This document shows, piece after piece, positions 55,133 through 64,000 of a stretch of 64,000 nucleotides of DNA (position 1 is its first letter; each line of letters begins with the position of its first letter). Origin of the DNA: a virus (lineage: Duplodnaviria; Caudoviricetes); the IMG/VR virus record IMGVR_UViG_2840949845_000010, positions 10,825 through 74,824 of that record; one strand, given 5' to 3'. The position numbers and the translations under genes were made by a program. The notes beneath the pieces were generated by a model. That model searched no databases, was not told the DNA's origin, and saw nothing but the letters and a program-made list of their open reading frames with translations.

Positions 55133-57787
55133 ATGTCCGTCGCGTCCTGCAAGACGGTCCTGGTGGACCGCACGAACATCCACGTCCTGAAGCCGGTCAT
55201 CATCGACCTCGTGTCAAAGGCCGCGTTGACCGGCCTCGACATCGAGACCCACGACGCCGACCGGCACGAGGGGCTGAACCGTTTCATGCGGTGCGACGGC
55301 GACGGGCGCAAGGCGAAGAACCGCAAGCTGGTCTTCGACGCCCGCCGCACCACGGTCACGGGCCTGTCGCTCCACCCGGACGGCGCCGATTACGCCTTCT
55401 ACTTCAACCTCGCCCACGCCGACGTGGAGAACCGCCTGACCTGGGCCGAGGTGAAAGAGGTGCTGGATGCCCGGCCCGCGACCGGCTACTGGGTGATCCA
55501 CAACGCCGCCTTCGAGCGGGTGATGATGCGCGCCGCGCTCGGCTACGACGTGACCCGCTATGTCTGCACCCTTCAGATGGCGGTGTCCGCCTACGGGCCG
55601 GACAATTACGACCTCAACCGCTTTTATGCCGCCGACTTCGCCCCCGTCCGGCCGCTGCTGTCCGACGCCCAGACGCTGTTCAGGACCTACAGCTACGGCG
55701 ACGAGATGACCACGCCGCAGGCCGAGCTGTTCGCCAAGATCGTCGGCAAGGAGAGCGACGCCAGCTACTCCTACAACGGTTTGGTCCATGGCGTCGCCTG
55801 GGGCTACGGCCTGAAGCAGGCGGTCAAGTCCTGGTTCGGCCACCAAATGTCCAGCTTCGCGGAAACCCTGGGCGAGAACGTCCATATGGGCCAGCTCACC
55901 GGCGCCGAGGTCTCCGAATATGGGGCCGAGGACTCCTTCTGGTGCCTGAAGCTGTACCACCGGCTGCTGGACTTCATGCTGCGGGACAACCCGCAGGCCG
56001 CCCAGGCGTATTTCACCCAGGAACTGCCGGCGGTCGAGGTCTTCGCCGACATGAATTACCAGGGCTGGCGCCTGAACCATCCCGCCGTCGAGGCCCGCCG
56101 CTTGGTCGAGCGGGTCGAGACCGCCAAAATTCTCCGTCAGCTCCGCGCCGCCTGCGCCGCGCTGCTCCCCTTCCCGGACGACCCCCACGAACGGTTGGTG
56201 ACGCACGAGAGTTGGTATGGGAAGTCGTGGGCGAAGAAACGCCGGGCCATCGAGAGCTGGGTCGCGCTGGGCGACAGCGCCGACGACTGCACCGAGGTGA
56301 CGCGGCTCGCCGGGTCGATGTCGGAGGGATGGTCGGGGGCCAAGACCAAGGGCGCCCTGAACGTCACCTACTGGCAGACCGCAAGGGCGCTCCTCTACGA
56401 TCTGTGCCGGGAAAAGCCCATCGTCATCCAGGGCAAGGTCCAGTCCGACGCCGATTGCCGGGGCAAGCTGGTCATCCGCCTCCAGAAACGGATCAAGGAG
56501 GAGGGGGAAAGCCCGGAGACCACGGCCAAGCTGGCGATCATCGCCAGCCTGTCGGCCCTGGCCTCCATCGAACAGCGCTCGAAGCTCTACATCGAGCCGT
56601 ACCTGATGCTGTGCGACCCGGAGACGGGCCGCGTCTACCCGACGATTTCTTCCAAGCTGGCGACCCGGCGCATGGCGATGGAGACCCCGAACGGGATGCA
56701 GCTCGCCAAGCGTGGCGAGTCGGTGTTCGTCCGGGGCTTCTTCCTCGCCGACAACGACCGCGAGGTCCAGGTGTCCGAGGACTGGTCGAGCATCGAGCTG
56801 GTCACGATTGGCGAGATGTCCCAGGACCCCGAATTCAAACGGGTGTTCGGCCAGCTCCCCTATGAGGATCTGCATCTGGGCGCCGCCGCCGACGCCCTGG
56901 CCGTCGTCATTCCCGAGATGAACGAGGAGCTGCTGAAGGCGCTCGACGGCCTGGACGTGGCCGCCGTCCAGGCCATCAACCCGCGCATCCTGATGAACCG
57001 GGCGGGCGAGGTGATGGAGCCGGCCAAGGCCAAGAAATACTGGCGCACCGAGGTCGGCAAGGGCAGCAACTTCAACTACTGGTACTCAGGCGCTTTGTCC
57101 ACCGTGGGCGAGCGGCTGGGCTGGTCGCCCGACCAGATGTGGGAAGCGACCGACCGCTACCGGAACCGTTTCCAGACCGCCGAGGCGTGGCGCACCGACC
57201 TGATCGGCTTCGCCCGCCGCCACGGCTACGTCCAACTCCCGGACGGCCACCGCCGGGTGCGCTTCGAGGCGACCGACCATTGGGCCACGGCGATGCGCCA
57301 GAAGTTCAGCCAACACCTGACGCAGAAGGGGCCGAACGACTTTTTCGCCAAGCTGCTGTCGGCGATCCAGCGCCGGGCCTGGAACCAGTCGGTCAACGCG
57401 ATGATCCAGGGCACCTGCGCGGCGATGATGAAGCGCACCCTGGTCCGGCTGCACAAGGAGGCGCGGGCCACCGGCTGGTTCCGGCTGATCGCCCCCATCC
57501 ACGACGAGGTCGTGGCCTCGGTGAAGGTCAAGCACCTGCACGACTACATCCGCCTGAGCCGGGAGATCATGTGCGACCACCCCGACCTGTTCCCGACCCT
57601 GCCGCTGCACTGCACGGTGTCGGTGGGCAAGACCTTTGAACCCTTCGACGCCGTGAAGGCGCCGAAGGGGCAGATCGAACTGGACGAAGCGCCGAAGGTC
57701 GATTGGTTGCCGAGGGAGAAGTGGGGTAAGGTGCTGGGGCGCGATGAGGTGGATGCGGTGATGACCTACCTTGAAGGTGTGCGATGA
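55133..57787 (+). CDS. polA: Family A DNA polymerase with 3'-5' exonuclease
   Basis: DIET, HNAAFE; motif A DWSSIEL, motif B KGSNFNYWY, motif C IHDE. Confidence 0.95.
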   Translation: MSVASCKTVLVDRTNIHVLKPVIIDLVSKAALTGLDIETHDADRHEGLNRFMRCDGDGRKAKNRKLVFDARRTTVTGLSLHPDGADYAFYFNLAHADVENRLTWAEVKEVLDARPATGYWVIHNAAFERVMMRAALGYDVTRYVCTLQMAVSAYGPDNYDLNRFYAADFAPVRPLLSDAQTLFRTYSYGDEMTTPQAELFAKIVGKESDASYSYNGLVHGVAWGYGLKQAVKSWFGHQMSSFAETLGENVHMGQLTGAEVSEYGAEDSFWCLKLYHRLLDFMLRDNPQAAQAYFTQELPAVEVFADMNYQGWRLNHPAVEARRLVERVETAKILRQLRAACAALLPFPDDPHERLVTHESWYGKSWAKKRRAIESWVALGDSADDCTEVTRLAGSMSEGWSGAKTKGALNVTYWQTARALLYDLCREKPIVIQGKVQSDADCRGKLVIRLQKRIKEEGESPETTAKLAIIASLSALASIEQRSKLYIEPYLMLCDPETGRVYPTISSKLATRRMAMETPNGMQLAKRGESVFVRGFFLADNDREVQVSEDWSSIELVTIGEMSQDPEFKRVFGQLPYEDLHLGAAADALAVVIPEMNEELLKALDGLDVAAVQAINPRILMNRAGEVMEPAKAKKYWRTEVGKGSNFNYWYSGALSTVGERLGWSPDQMWEATDRYRNRFQTAEAWRTDLIGFARRHGYVQLPDGHRRVRFEATDHWATAMRQKFSQHLTQKGPNDFFAKLLSAIQRRAWNQSVNAMIQGTCAAMMKRTLVRLHKEARATGWFRLIAPIHDEVVASVKVKHLHDYIRLSREIMCDHPDLFPTLPLHCTVSVGKTFEPFDAVKAPKGQIELDEAPKVDWLPREKWGKVLGRDEVDAVMTYLEGVR

Positions 57788-58218
57788 GCGATGCCCTTTA
57801 CGAAACCGATTTCTACGCCTGGGCCAATCAGCAGGCGGCGCTGCTGCGCACCGGCAAGCTGACGCAGGCCGACATCGAGCACATCGCCGAGGAGATCGAG
57901 AGCATGGGCAAAGCCGAAAAGCGCGAACTCGTCAGTCGGCTGACCGTGCTGTTGCTTCATCTCCTGAAATGGCGCCACCAGCCGGAGCGGCGCGGCAAAT
58001 CATGGAGCGCGTCCATTCGGGTGCAGCGCCGGGATTTGACCCGGCACCTCGCCGACAACCCGTCCCTGAAGGCGAAGCTGGACGAGAGCATCGCTGACGC
58101 CTACGGCGACGCGGTGATCCAGGCCGGCGCCGAAACCGACCTCCCGGAAGATGTGTTCCCGGTCGTCTGCCCCTGGTCCTTCGAGCAGATGATGGCTGAG
58201 GATTTCTGGCCGGAGTGA
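57784..58218 (+). CDS. DUF29 family protein
   Basis: LYETDFYAW...IAEEIESMG...HLLKW...NPSLK...CPWS signature. Confidence 0.92.
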   Translation: MSDALYETDFYAWANQQAALLRTGKLTQADIEHIAEEIESMGKAEKRELVSRLTVLLLHLLKWRHQPERRGKSWSASIRVQRRDLTRHLADNPSLKAKLDESIADAYGDAVIQAGAETDLPEDVFPVVCPWSFEQMMAEDFWPE

Positions 58219-58381
58219 TTGAAGGGCATCGGGAAAGCGTCACGCCAGTTGTCTGGACAATGAACGGCTTGGCCGTTCAAGTAGAAAAGATAGCAAAGCC
58301 CCCCTAACCCGGTCCCCGCTCCCCACTCACCCAAACCCTGGGCAGGATGTTTCCACAGCATCCACAACGCCCAGGGCCAGC

Positions 58382-58825
58382 ATGTCGTCCCACACCAACA
58401 CCGGCGCCCAGGCGGAAGACGAGTTCGAGCGCCACTGGCAGAGCCAGGGCAAGGCCGCTCACCTTCTCCGCTTCCGGGACAACAAGGACATCCGGGGCCT
58501 GAATCGGGGCAAGGCGCTGGCCGCCTTCAAGCAGCCCTCCGACTACCTTCTCACCCACCAGGGCGTCACGCTGTACGCCGAGGTGAAGTCCAGCGCCCAC
58601 CCAACCGCCTTCGCCTTCGGCCTGATCGCGCCCTACCAGCTCGGCAGCGCCGAGCGGATCGTCGTGGCCGGTGGCCGGTACGACTTCTTCGTCCGCCGCC
58701 TGCATCCCACCGAAGGCCGCTGGTTCCGTCTCCCCGCCCGCGTGGTTCTGAGCCACCCCCGCCGGTCCATGTCCTGGACCGAGCTGCAACCCCATGCCGT
58801 CGAGATCCCATGCCGCACTACATGA
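58382..58825 (+). CDS. PD-(D/E)XK nuclease, putative Holliday junction resolvase
   Basis: GAQAE...PSDY...YAEVKS. Confidence 0.75.
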   Translation: MSSHTNTGAQAEDEFERHWQSQGKAAHLLRFRDNKDIRGLNRGKALAAFKQPSDYLLTHQGVTLYAEVKSSAHPTAFAFGLIAPYQLGSAERIVVAGGRYDFFVRRLHPTEGRWFRLPARVVLSHPRRSMSWTELQPHAVEIPCRTT

Positions 58826-59355
58826 TCGACATCGAGACGACCGGCACCCGCCCGGATCGCGCCGCCATTCTCCAGATCGCCGCCGTCCGCTTCGACCCGG
58901 TGGCCCGGACCATCGACCATGACGGCCTGTTCAACATGTGCCTGCGGATGCCGGGCTGGCGCTTCTGGGACGACGACACCCGCACATGGTGGCAGGCACA
59001 GAACCAGGACGTCTTCCAGCGCATCCTGTTCAACGCCCAGGACCCGCGCGCCGTGACGCACGCCTTCCTCCACTGGGTGAACGCCGACCACGCAAAGATC
59101 GACGACCGTTATTTCTGGGCCAAGAACGCCGCCTTCGACTTCATGTTCCTGGCCTCCTACGGAACCGACTACGACACCGGGATGCCCTTCTCCTACCGGA
59201 ACGTGAACGACATGAAGGCGTTCATCCGGGGCCGCTGCTTCCCCGAGGACATCCCGGTCATCGACCAAGCGCCGACCGATCAAGCCCACGACGCCATCGT
59301 GGACTGCATCATGCAGATCGACTGGCTGTTCAAGGCGCTCGACGCCACCCCGTAA
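58810..59355 (+). CDS. DEDDh 3'-5' exonuclease
   Basis: MIDIET, AAFD and HDAIVD. Confidence 0.88.
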   Translation: MPHYMIDIETTGTRPDRAAILQIAAVRFDPVARTIDHDGLFNMCLRMPGWRFWDDDTRTWWQAQNQDVFQRILFNAQDPRAVTHAFLHWVNADHAKIDDRYFWAKNAAFDFMFLASYGTDYDTGMPFSYRNVNDMKAFIRGRCFPEDIPVIDQAPTDQAHDAIVDCIMQIDWLFKALDATP

Positions 59356-59380
59356 TTCCCCTCCGCCCCTGGAGACAGAC

Positions 59381-60358
59381 ATGCGTCTGGAGATCAATGG
59401 TCTCCAGGTGGAGGCGCTTGGCGACCCCCACCTGGGCAAAAAATTCGTCAACGGCGTGCCGCTTCACCGCCGGGGTGAGCGGGAGGCGATGGTCTGGCGG
59501 GACTTCCGGGCCAGCCTCGCCAAGGACTGCGACCTTCACGTCACGATGGGCGACATTTTCGACAAGGCGGTCGTCCCCTTCAGCGTCATCCTCGACGCCG
59601 CCATGGCCTACCGGACGGCGGCGACCATCAGCCCGCACACCCGGTACGTCATCCTCATGGGCAACCATGACGGCAGCCGGGACGCCGATTTCCGCTCGGC
59701 CTTCGATGTGTTCGCCGCCCTGGTCCAGGACATCGCCAACCTTCACGTCGTCCGTCAGTCCGCCACGATCATCGCCGGGCTTGCCTTCTGCCCCTGGGAC
59801 CCGTTCGTCACCGCCGAGGCGATGATCGCCGACGTGCCGGACGACGTGGCGGCGGTGTTCGGGCATTGGGACATCATCGACGTCGCCCGCCAGTCCCACA
59901 ATTTCCTGCCGGTCGAGTGGCTGTCCAAGCGCCCGAACGTCCGGGTCTTCACCGGCCACGACCACAAGGCCCGCGTCGAGCGGGTCAACGGCGTGACGGT
60001 CAACATCGTCGGTTCGATGCAGCCCTTCGCCCACGGCGAGGACGCCGATGACCAAGAGCCGCTGTACCTCACGGTCACGCTCGCCGAGTTGGAGCGCGAC
60101 GAACCGGAACGGTTCATCAACACCTGCGTCCGCCTCGACCTGAAGCCGGGTGAGGCGCCGCCGGACCTCGACTGCCTCCAGCTCACGACCCGGCGGATCA
60201 CCGAAGAGGGCGAGCCGGAGGAGCTGACCGTCGCCTTCGACAGCTTCGACATGGAGGGCCTGTTCAAGGGCGCCCTCGGTGAGGCCGGGGTGCCCGACGA
60301 CATCGGCGCCCTGGTCCTGACCCGCTATCTCGAAACCCGCCTGAAGGATGCCGAATGA
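59381..60358 (+). CDS. SbcD/Mre11-like metallophosphoesterase nuclease
   Basis: GDPHLG, GDIFD, GNHD and GHDH. Confidence 0.88.
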   Translation: MRLEINGLQVEALGDPHLGKKFVNGVPLHRRGEREAMVWRDFRASLAKDCDLHVTMGDIFDKAVVPFSVILDAAMAYRTAATISPHTRYVILMGNHDGSRDADFRSAFDVFAALVQDIANLHVVRQSATIIAGLAFCPWDPFVTAEAMIADVPDDVAAVFGHWDIIDVARQSHNFLPVEWLSKRPNVRVFTGHDHKARVERVNGVTVNIVGSMQPFAHGEDADDQEPLYLTVTLAELERDEPERFINTCVRLDLKPGEAPPDLDCLQLTTRRITEEGEPEELTVAFDSFDMEGLFKGALGEAGVPDDIGALVLTRYLETRLKDAE

Positions 60359-60630
60359 TGAGCGCCCTTTTCACCGCCCTGCGCGAGGGCGGCATGGACG
60401 ATGCCCTTCAGCACCTCGCCGCCACCCAGCGTGAACGCGACGAGGCCCGCCAGCGGGTCGCCCAGTTGGAGCGCCGCGTCACCGACCTCCTCGACGCCAA
60501 CAACCGCGAGGTCGAGAACCGCCGCTTCCTCGCCAACCGGATGCGCCAGTCCGCGCGGCTGCTGACCGCCCTGGCCCAGACGGGAGACCCGAAAATCCTC
60601 GCGTCCATCCACACGTTGCTGGAGGTGTGA
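60355..60630 (+). CDS. Small coiled-coil protein
   Basis: Coupled between the SbcD- and SbcC-like genes. Confidence 0.65.
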   Translation: MMSALFTALREGGMDDALQHLAATQRERDEARQRVAQLERRVTDLLDANNREVENRRFLANRMRQSARLLTALAQTGDPKILASIHTLLEV

Positions 60631-62787
60631 ATGCTGCATCACCTGCACATCAAGAATTGTTTCACCCACGCCGACCGGCGGGTGGAGTTCGCCCCCGGCC
60701 TGACCTGCATCACCGGCCCCAACGAGATCGGCAAGTCCCTGCTGCTGGAGATGGTCGCCTACGCCCTGTTCGGCGCCGTCGCCCTCCGGGGCAGCCGACC
60801 GGACGGGCTGTTCGTGGAGTTGGGCTTCGCGGTGAAGGGCGTTCCCTACCGCGTCACCCGCCAGGGCGCCAAGGCGCTGCTGCTGCGCGACGGCGCCGAG
60901 CTGGCGACCGGCACCAAGCCGGTCAACGCCGCCATCGTCCGGGTCCTGGGCTACGACCACACCGTCTATGGCATGGCGAACCTCTGCGCCCAGGGCCAGA
61001 TCGAGGCGTTGGGCGCGATGAAACCCGCCGAGCGGAAGAAGGCGGTGGACCAGACCATCGGCCTGTCGGTGCTGGACGAGATCACCAAATGGTGCGGCGA
61101 TCAGGCCCTCGGCTTCACCCGCGAGGCCGACACGCTGGAGCGCCTGCTGGTCAAGCCGATCCCGCCGGAGCCGCCGGAGGGGGCGCCCGTCACCGCCGCG
61201 ATGGTCGCCGCCGCCGAGGCGGACGAGCGCGAGCGGATCGAGCTGCTGGCCTGGATCCGAAACGAACCAACCGTGCCGCCGGAGCCGGTCGCCCCCGGCG
61301 CGGAGAGCGCGACAACACTCCAGTCCCTGGTCGATGAACGCCAGCAACTCGCCCTTCAGGTCGCCAGCCTGAAGACGCAGGCCGACGCCATCCCCGACGC
61401 CGCCATGACCGAGGACGAGATCGCCCTGGCCGAGGCCGGGTGGACGGCCTTCCACCGCGCCCAGGAAAAGGCCCGCGCTCTGGCCGGGCTGGTCGAGCCG
61501 ACCCTGACCGAGGCCGAGATCGCCGCCGGGCTGTCGGGCTGGGCCGCCTTCCATCGGTCGGAGGAGAAGCGCAAGGCCCTGGCCGGACTGGTCGAGCCGA
61601 CCATGAGCCGCGCCGACTGCGACCAGCTTCTCGCCCAGTGGGACGCCCACGACCGCTGGACCCAGCGCCAGAAGCTGGCCGAACATCTGAGCCAATGCCC
61701 GAAATGCGGCCATGAATGGGCCGACGACGCGGCGTGGGACCGGGTGAAGGACGCGCCCGAGACGGCGCGGCCCGCCCGCCGCCCCGATTTGCGGGTGCTC
61801 GACGCCTGGGAGGCGAGCGCCGACCTGCGCGCCGAATACGCCGCCGTGCCGGACGCCGCGAAGCCGGGCGTGCCGGAGCTGACCTACCAAAAGGCACAGC
61901 TCGCGCTCACCGCCTGGAAAGACAGCGCCGACCTTCGCGCCCAGTTCGCGGGAGTCCCGGACGCCCCGATGCCAAAGGTCACGGAAGCCGCCCTCCGGCT
62001 GGCCCGCAACGCCCTGGCCGAAGCCGCCCGGAAAGCGGCGCTGGTCACGGCGATGACCGGGATCGCCGCCCGCTTCGTCGCCTTGCCCGACCGGACGGCG
62101 GACCTCGCCGCCCGCCGCCGCTACGACGCCGACCACGCCGCCTGGGCGGTGGCCGTCCAGCGGCACGGCGTCTGGCTGACAGAGCGGGTCGCGAAGAACC
62201 TCCGGCTGGACGCCCTCGGCGACACCGGAACCACCCTGGCCCAACTCCGCGACGCCCACCAGCGATGGGCGATCTTCGAGCGGGAGGTCGCCGCCTTCGA
62301 GAAGGCCCACGCCCAGTATGAACAGGGGGCGGCCAACCTGAAGGCGGCCCGCGAGACGGCCGAACACTGGTCCAACGCCAAGAAGGCGGTCGCCGACCTC
62401 CGGGTCCGGGTGAAGGCGTATCTCCTGCCGAGCCTGAACAAGGTGGCGTCCCTCCTGATCGGTCAGATGACCGGCGGAAAGCGGACCAGCGTCCTGGTGG
62501 ACGAAGATTTCGACATCCGGGTGGACGGCCAGCCGGTCAACACCCTGTCGGGGTCCGGCAAGGCGGTCGCCAACCTGTCCCTCCGGGTCGCCCTGGGTCT
62601 GGTCCTGACCAACCGGGTCTTCTCGGTCTTCATGGGCGACGAGCTGGACGCCAGCATGGACAAGGACCGCGCCGGCTGCACCGCCGAAGCCCTGGCCCGC
62701 CTGACCGAGACGGTCGGTCAGGTCATCGTCGTCTCCCACAAACCGTTTGACGCCGACAACAACATCGACCTGGGGGTGTCAGCATGA
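60631..62787 (+). CDS. SbcC/Rad50-like ABC ATPase
   Basis: GPNEIGKS, CPKC hook, LSGSG signature, FMGDELD and VSH. Confidence 0.92.
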   Translation: MLHHLHIKNCFTHADRRVEFAPGLTCITGPNEIGKSLLLEMVAYALFGAVALRGSRPDGLFVELGFAVKGVPYRVTRQGAKALLLRDGAELATGTKPVNAAIVRVLGYDHTVYGMANLCAQGQIEALGAMKPAERKKAVDQTIGLSVLDEITKWCGDQALGFTREADTLERLLVKPIPPEPPEGAPVTAAMVAAAEADERERIELLAWIRNEPTVPPEPVAPGAESATTLQSLVDERQQLALQVASLKTQADAIPDAAMTEDEIALAEAGWTAFHRAQEKARALAGLVEPTLTEAEIAAGLSGWAAFHRSEEKRKALAGLVEPTMSRADCDQLLAQWDAHDRWTQRQKLAEHLSQCPKCGHEWADDAAWDRVKDAPETARPARRPDLRVLDAWEASADLRAEYAAVPDAAKPGVPELTYQKAQLALTAWKDSADLRAQFAGVPDAPMPKVTEAALRLARNALAEAARKAALVTAMTGIAARFVALPDRTADLAARRRYDADHAAWAVAVQRHGVWLTERVAKNLRLDALGDTGTTLAQLRDAHQRWAIFEREVAAFEKAHAQYEQGAANLKAARETAEHWSNAKKAVADLRVRVKAYLLPSLNKVASLLIGQMTGGKRTSVLVDEDFDIRVDGQPVNTLSGSGKAVANLSLRVALGLVLTNRVFSVFMGDELDASMDKDRAGCTAEALARLTETVGQVIVVSHKPFDADNNIDLGVSA

Positions 62788-63170
62788 CCTCTCCGGTCCC
62801 GGAACTTCTCACTCCGGCAGAAGCCGCCCGCTTGCTGCGATGTTCATCCCGCTACGTCCAAACCCTTTGCGCAGCAGGGAAAATTGGCGCCCGGCTGATC
62901 GCTGGCCGCTACCTGATGACGCAACAAGACCTGAACAATTATATCGACGGATCGAAGGTGGCGACATGCCCAAGCGCAACCCCGGCGCCCGGCTTGAATG
63001 GCGGGAGGATCGGAGTCTCTGGGAAATCATCTGGTACGAACGTGGGCAACGCAAACGCAAGTCAACGGGCACTGATGACCGCCGAGAAGCTGCTCTCCGA
63101 CTCTCGGAACACCTTGCGGCGCTCCCCGCCGGGCCGCAACGCCCAAGAGATCCCAGTGAAAGGTCTATAG
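62784..63170 (+). CDS. xis: Excisionase-type helix-turn-helix protein
   Basis: LLTPAEAARLLRCSSRYV...GKI; directly upstream of and overlapping int. Confidence 0.75.
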   Translation: MTSPVPELLTPAEAARLLRCSSRYVQTLCAAGKIGARLIAGRYLMTQQDLNNYIDGSKVATCPSATPAPGLNGGRIGVSGKSSGTNVGNANASQRALMTAEKLLSDSRNTLRRSPPGRNAQEIPVKGL

Positions 63171-64000
63171 CCGAGGTCTTGACCGCCTACGCGGAAGGGC
63201 GTGGAAGCGATGTCGCGGACGCCGAACGGCTCGCCTACGCTTTGAAGGCGCTGGTGCCGTTCTGGGGTGAGTTGCAGGTCGGGGATGTCACGGAGACTCT
63301 TTGCAAAGCTTACAAGAACCAGCGCGGCAAAGCGGATGAAACGGTGCGGCGGGAATTGACGGTGTTGCGTGCCGCGATCAACTTCGATTTCGATCATGGC
63401 CGTCTCACACGTCCAGTTCCCGTTTGGCTGCCATCGCCCGGTGAACACAAGGATCGTTGGCTTACGCGGAGAGAAGCCGCCGCTCTGATCCGGGCCGCCC
63501 GCGCAGAGCCACGAAGTCGGCGTCATCTGCCACTGTTCATTCTTCTTGGTCTCTACACAGCCGCACGGAAAGAGGCGATCTTGTCGCTCAGATGGTCGCA
63601 GGTTGATCTGGAGCGCGGCTTGATCGACCTCAATCCACCCGGTCGGGGACGCACGGACAAGGGGCGTCCAATCATTCCCATTCCCAAAAGACTATCCACG
63701 TTCCTGCGGCATGCGCAGAAGCACACCAGCATCAGTCATGTGGTGACGTTCCATGGCAAGCCGGTGCAGGACATCAAAAGGGCGTTTGCCGCTGCCTGTC
63801 GCTCAGCCGCTTTGGAGGACGTGACGCCTCACACGTTGCGACACACCGCCGCCACCTGGATGGCCCAAGCGGGCGTTCCGATGCTGGTGGTTTCACGCTT
63901 CCTCGGCCACACCGATTCGCGGACGACCGAGCGCGTCTACGCCCATCATTCGCCCGACTATCTGGCGTCAGCACGGGAGGCTTTGGATCGCCGCCGGTAG
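62966..64000 (+). CDS. int: Tyrosine integrase
   Basis: TAARKEA, HTLRH, LGH and VYAH catalytic residues; GAAGGTGG RBS. Confidence 0.95.
   Translation: MPKRNPGARLEWREDRSLWEIIWYERGQRKRKSTGTDDRREAALRLSEHLAALPAGPQRPRDPSERSIAEVLTAYAEGRGSDVADAERLAYALKALVPFWGELQVGDVTETLCKAYKNQRGKADETVRRELTVLRAAINFDFDHGRLTRPVPVWLPSPGEHKDRWLTRREAAALIRAARAEPRSRRHLPLFILLGLYTAARKEAILSLRWSQVDLERGLIDLNPPGRGRTDKGRPIIPIPKRLSTFLRHAQKHTSISHVVTFHGKPVQDIKRAFAAACRSAALEDVTPHTLRHTAATWMAQAGVPMLVVSRFLGHTDSRTTERVYAHHSPDYLASAREALDRRR

Larger units (their letters stand above)
1..64000. mobile_element. Integrated siphovirus prophage (left end outside the window; integrase-proximal att site probably just beyond 64000)
   Basis: Complete head and tail gene order, PolA replication operon and xis/int at the right end; no host housekeeping genes seen. 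Confidence 0.95.

Noticed and set aside
53274-60630. 7-deazaguanine or other DNA-modification cluster, expected if the phage is Nonagvirus-like
   Set aside because: No FolE, QueC/D/E, DpdA or methyltransferase motifs seen in the window

Overview
The whole window is the right-hand ~64 kb of an integrated, GC-rich siphovirus prophage; the accessory genes suggest an alphaproteobacterial host (inference). Layout: (1) a minus-strand morphogenesis operon at 1-24.9 kb running from GpA-type terminase, portal, protease/scaffold and capsid through neck, tail tube, a G/GT chaperone with a -1 frameshift site, tape measure and lambda M/L/K/I/J-like tail-tip genes to two large tip proteins; (2) a divergent putative small terminase and primase-helicase; (3) a separate second minus-strand operon of fibre-like genes at 30.0-36.2 kb; (4) a plus-strand array of small early genes at 36.6-50.4 kb with a repeated operator-like palindrome; (5) three AT-rich cargo islands, two next to IS remnants; (6) a lytic-style replication and recombination operon (SSB-like, 5'-3' exonuclease, PolA, resolvase, DEDD exonuclease, SbcD/SbcC-like) ending in xis and a tyrosine integrase at the window edge. 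The most striking signal is a set of short repeated peptide motifs (DGGxY/F, LLCEDG, N-terminal LKQ) and repeated small domains shared among the fibre and tail-tip proteins, suggesting a modular, branched virion-fibre assembly system. No rRNA, tRNA, CRISPR array, reverse transcriptase, lysis cassette or att site was recognised. All product calls come from reading motifs and gene order; no database searches were run.
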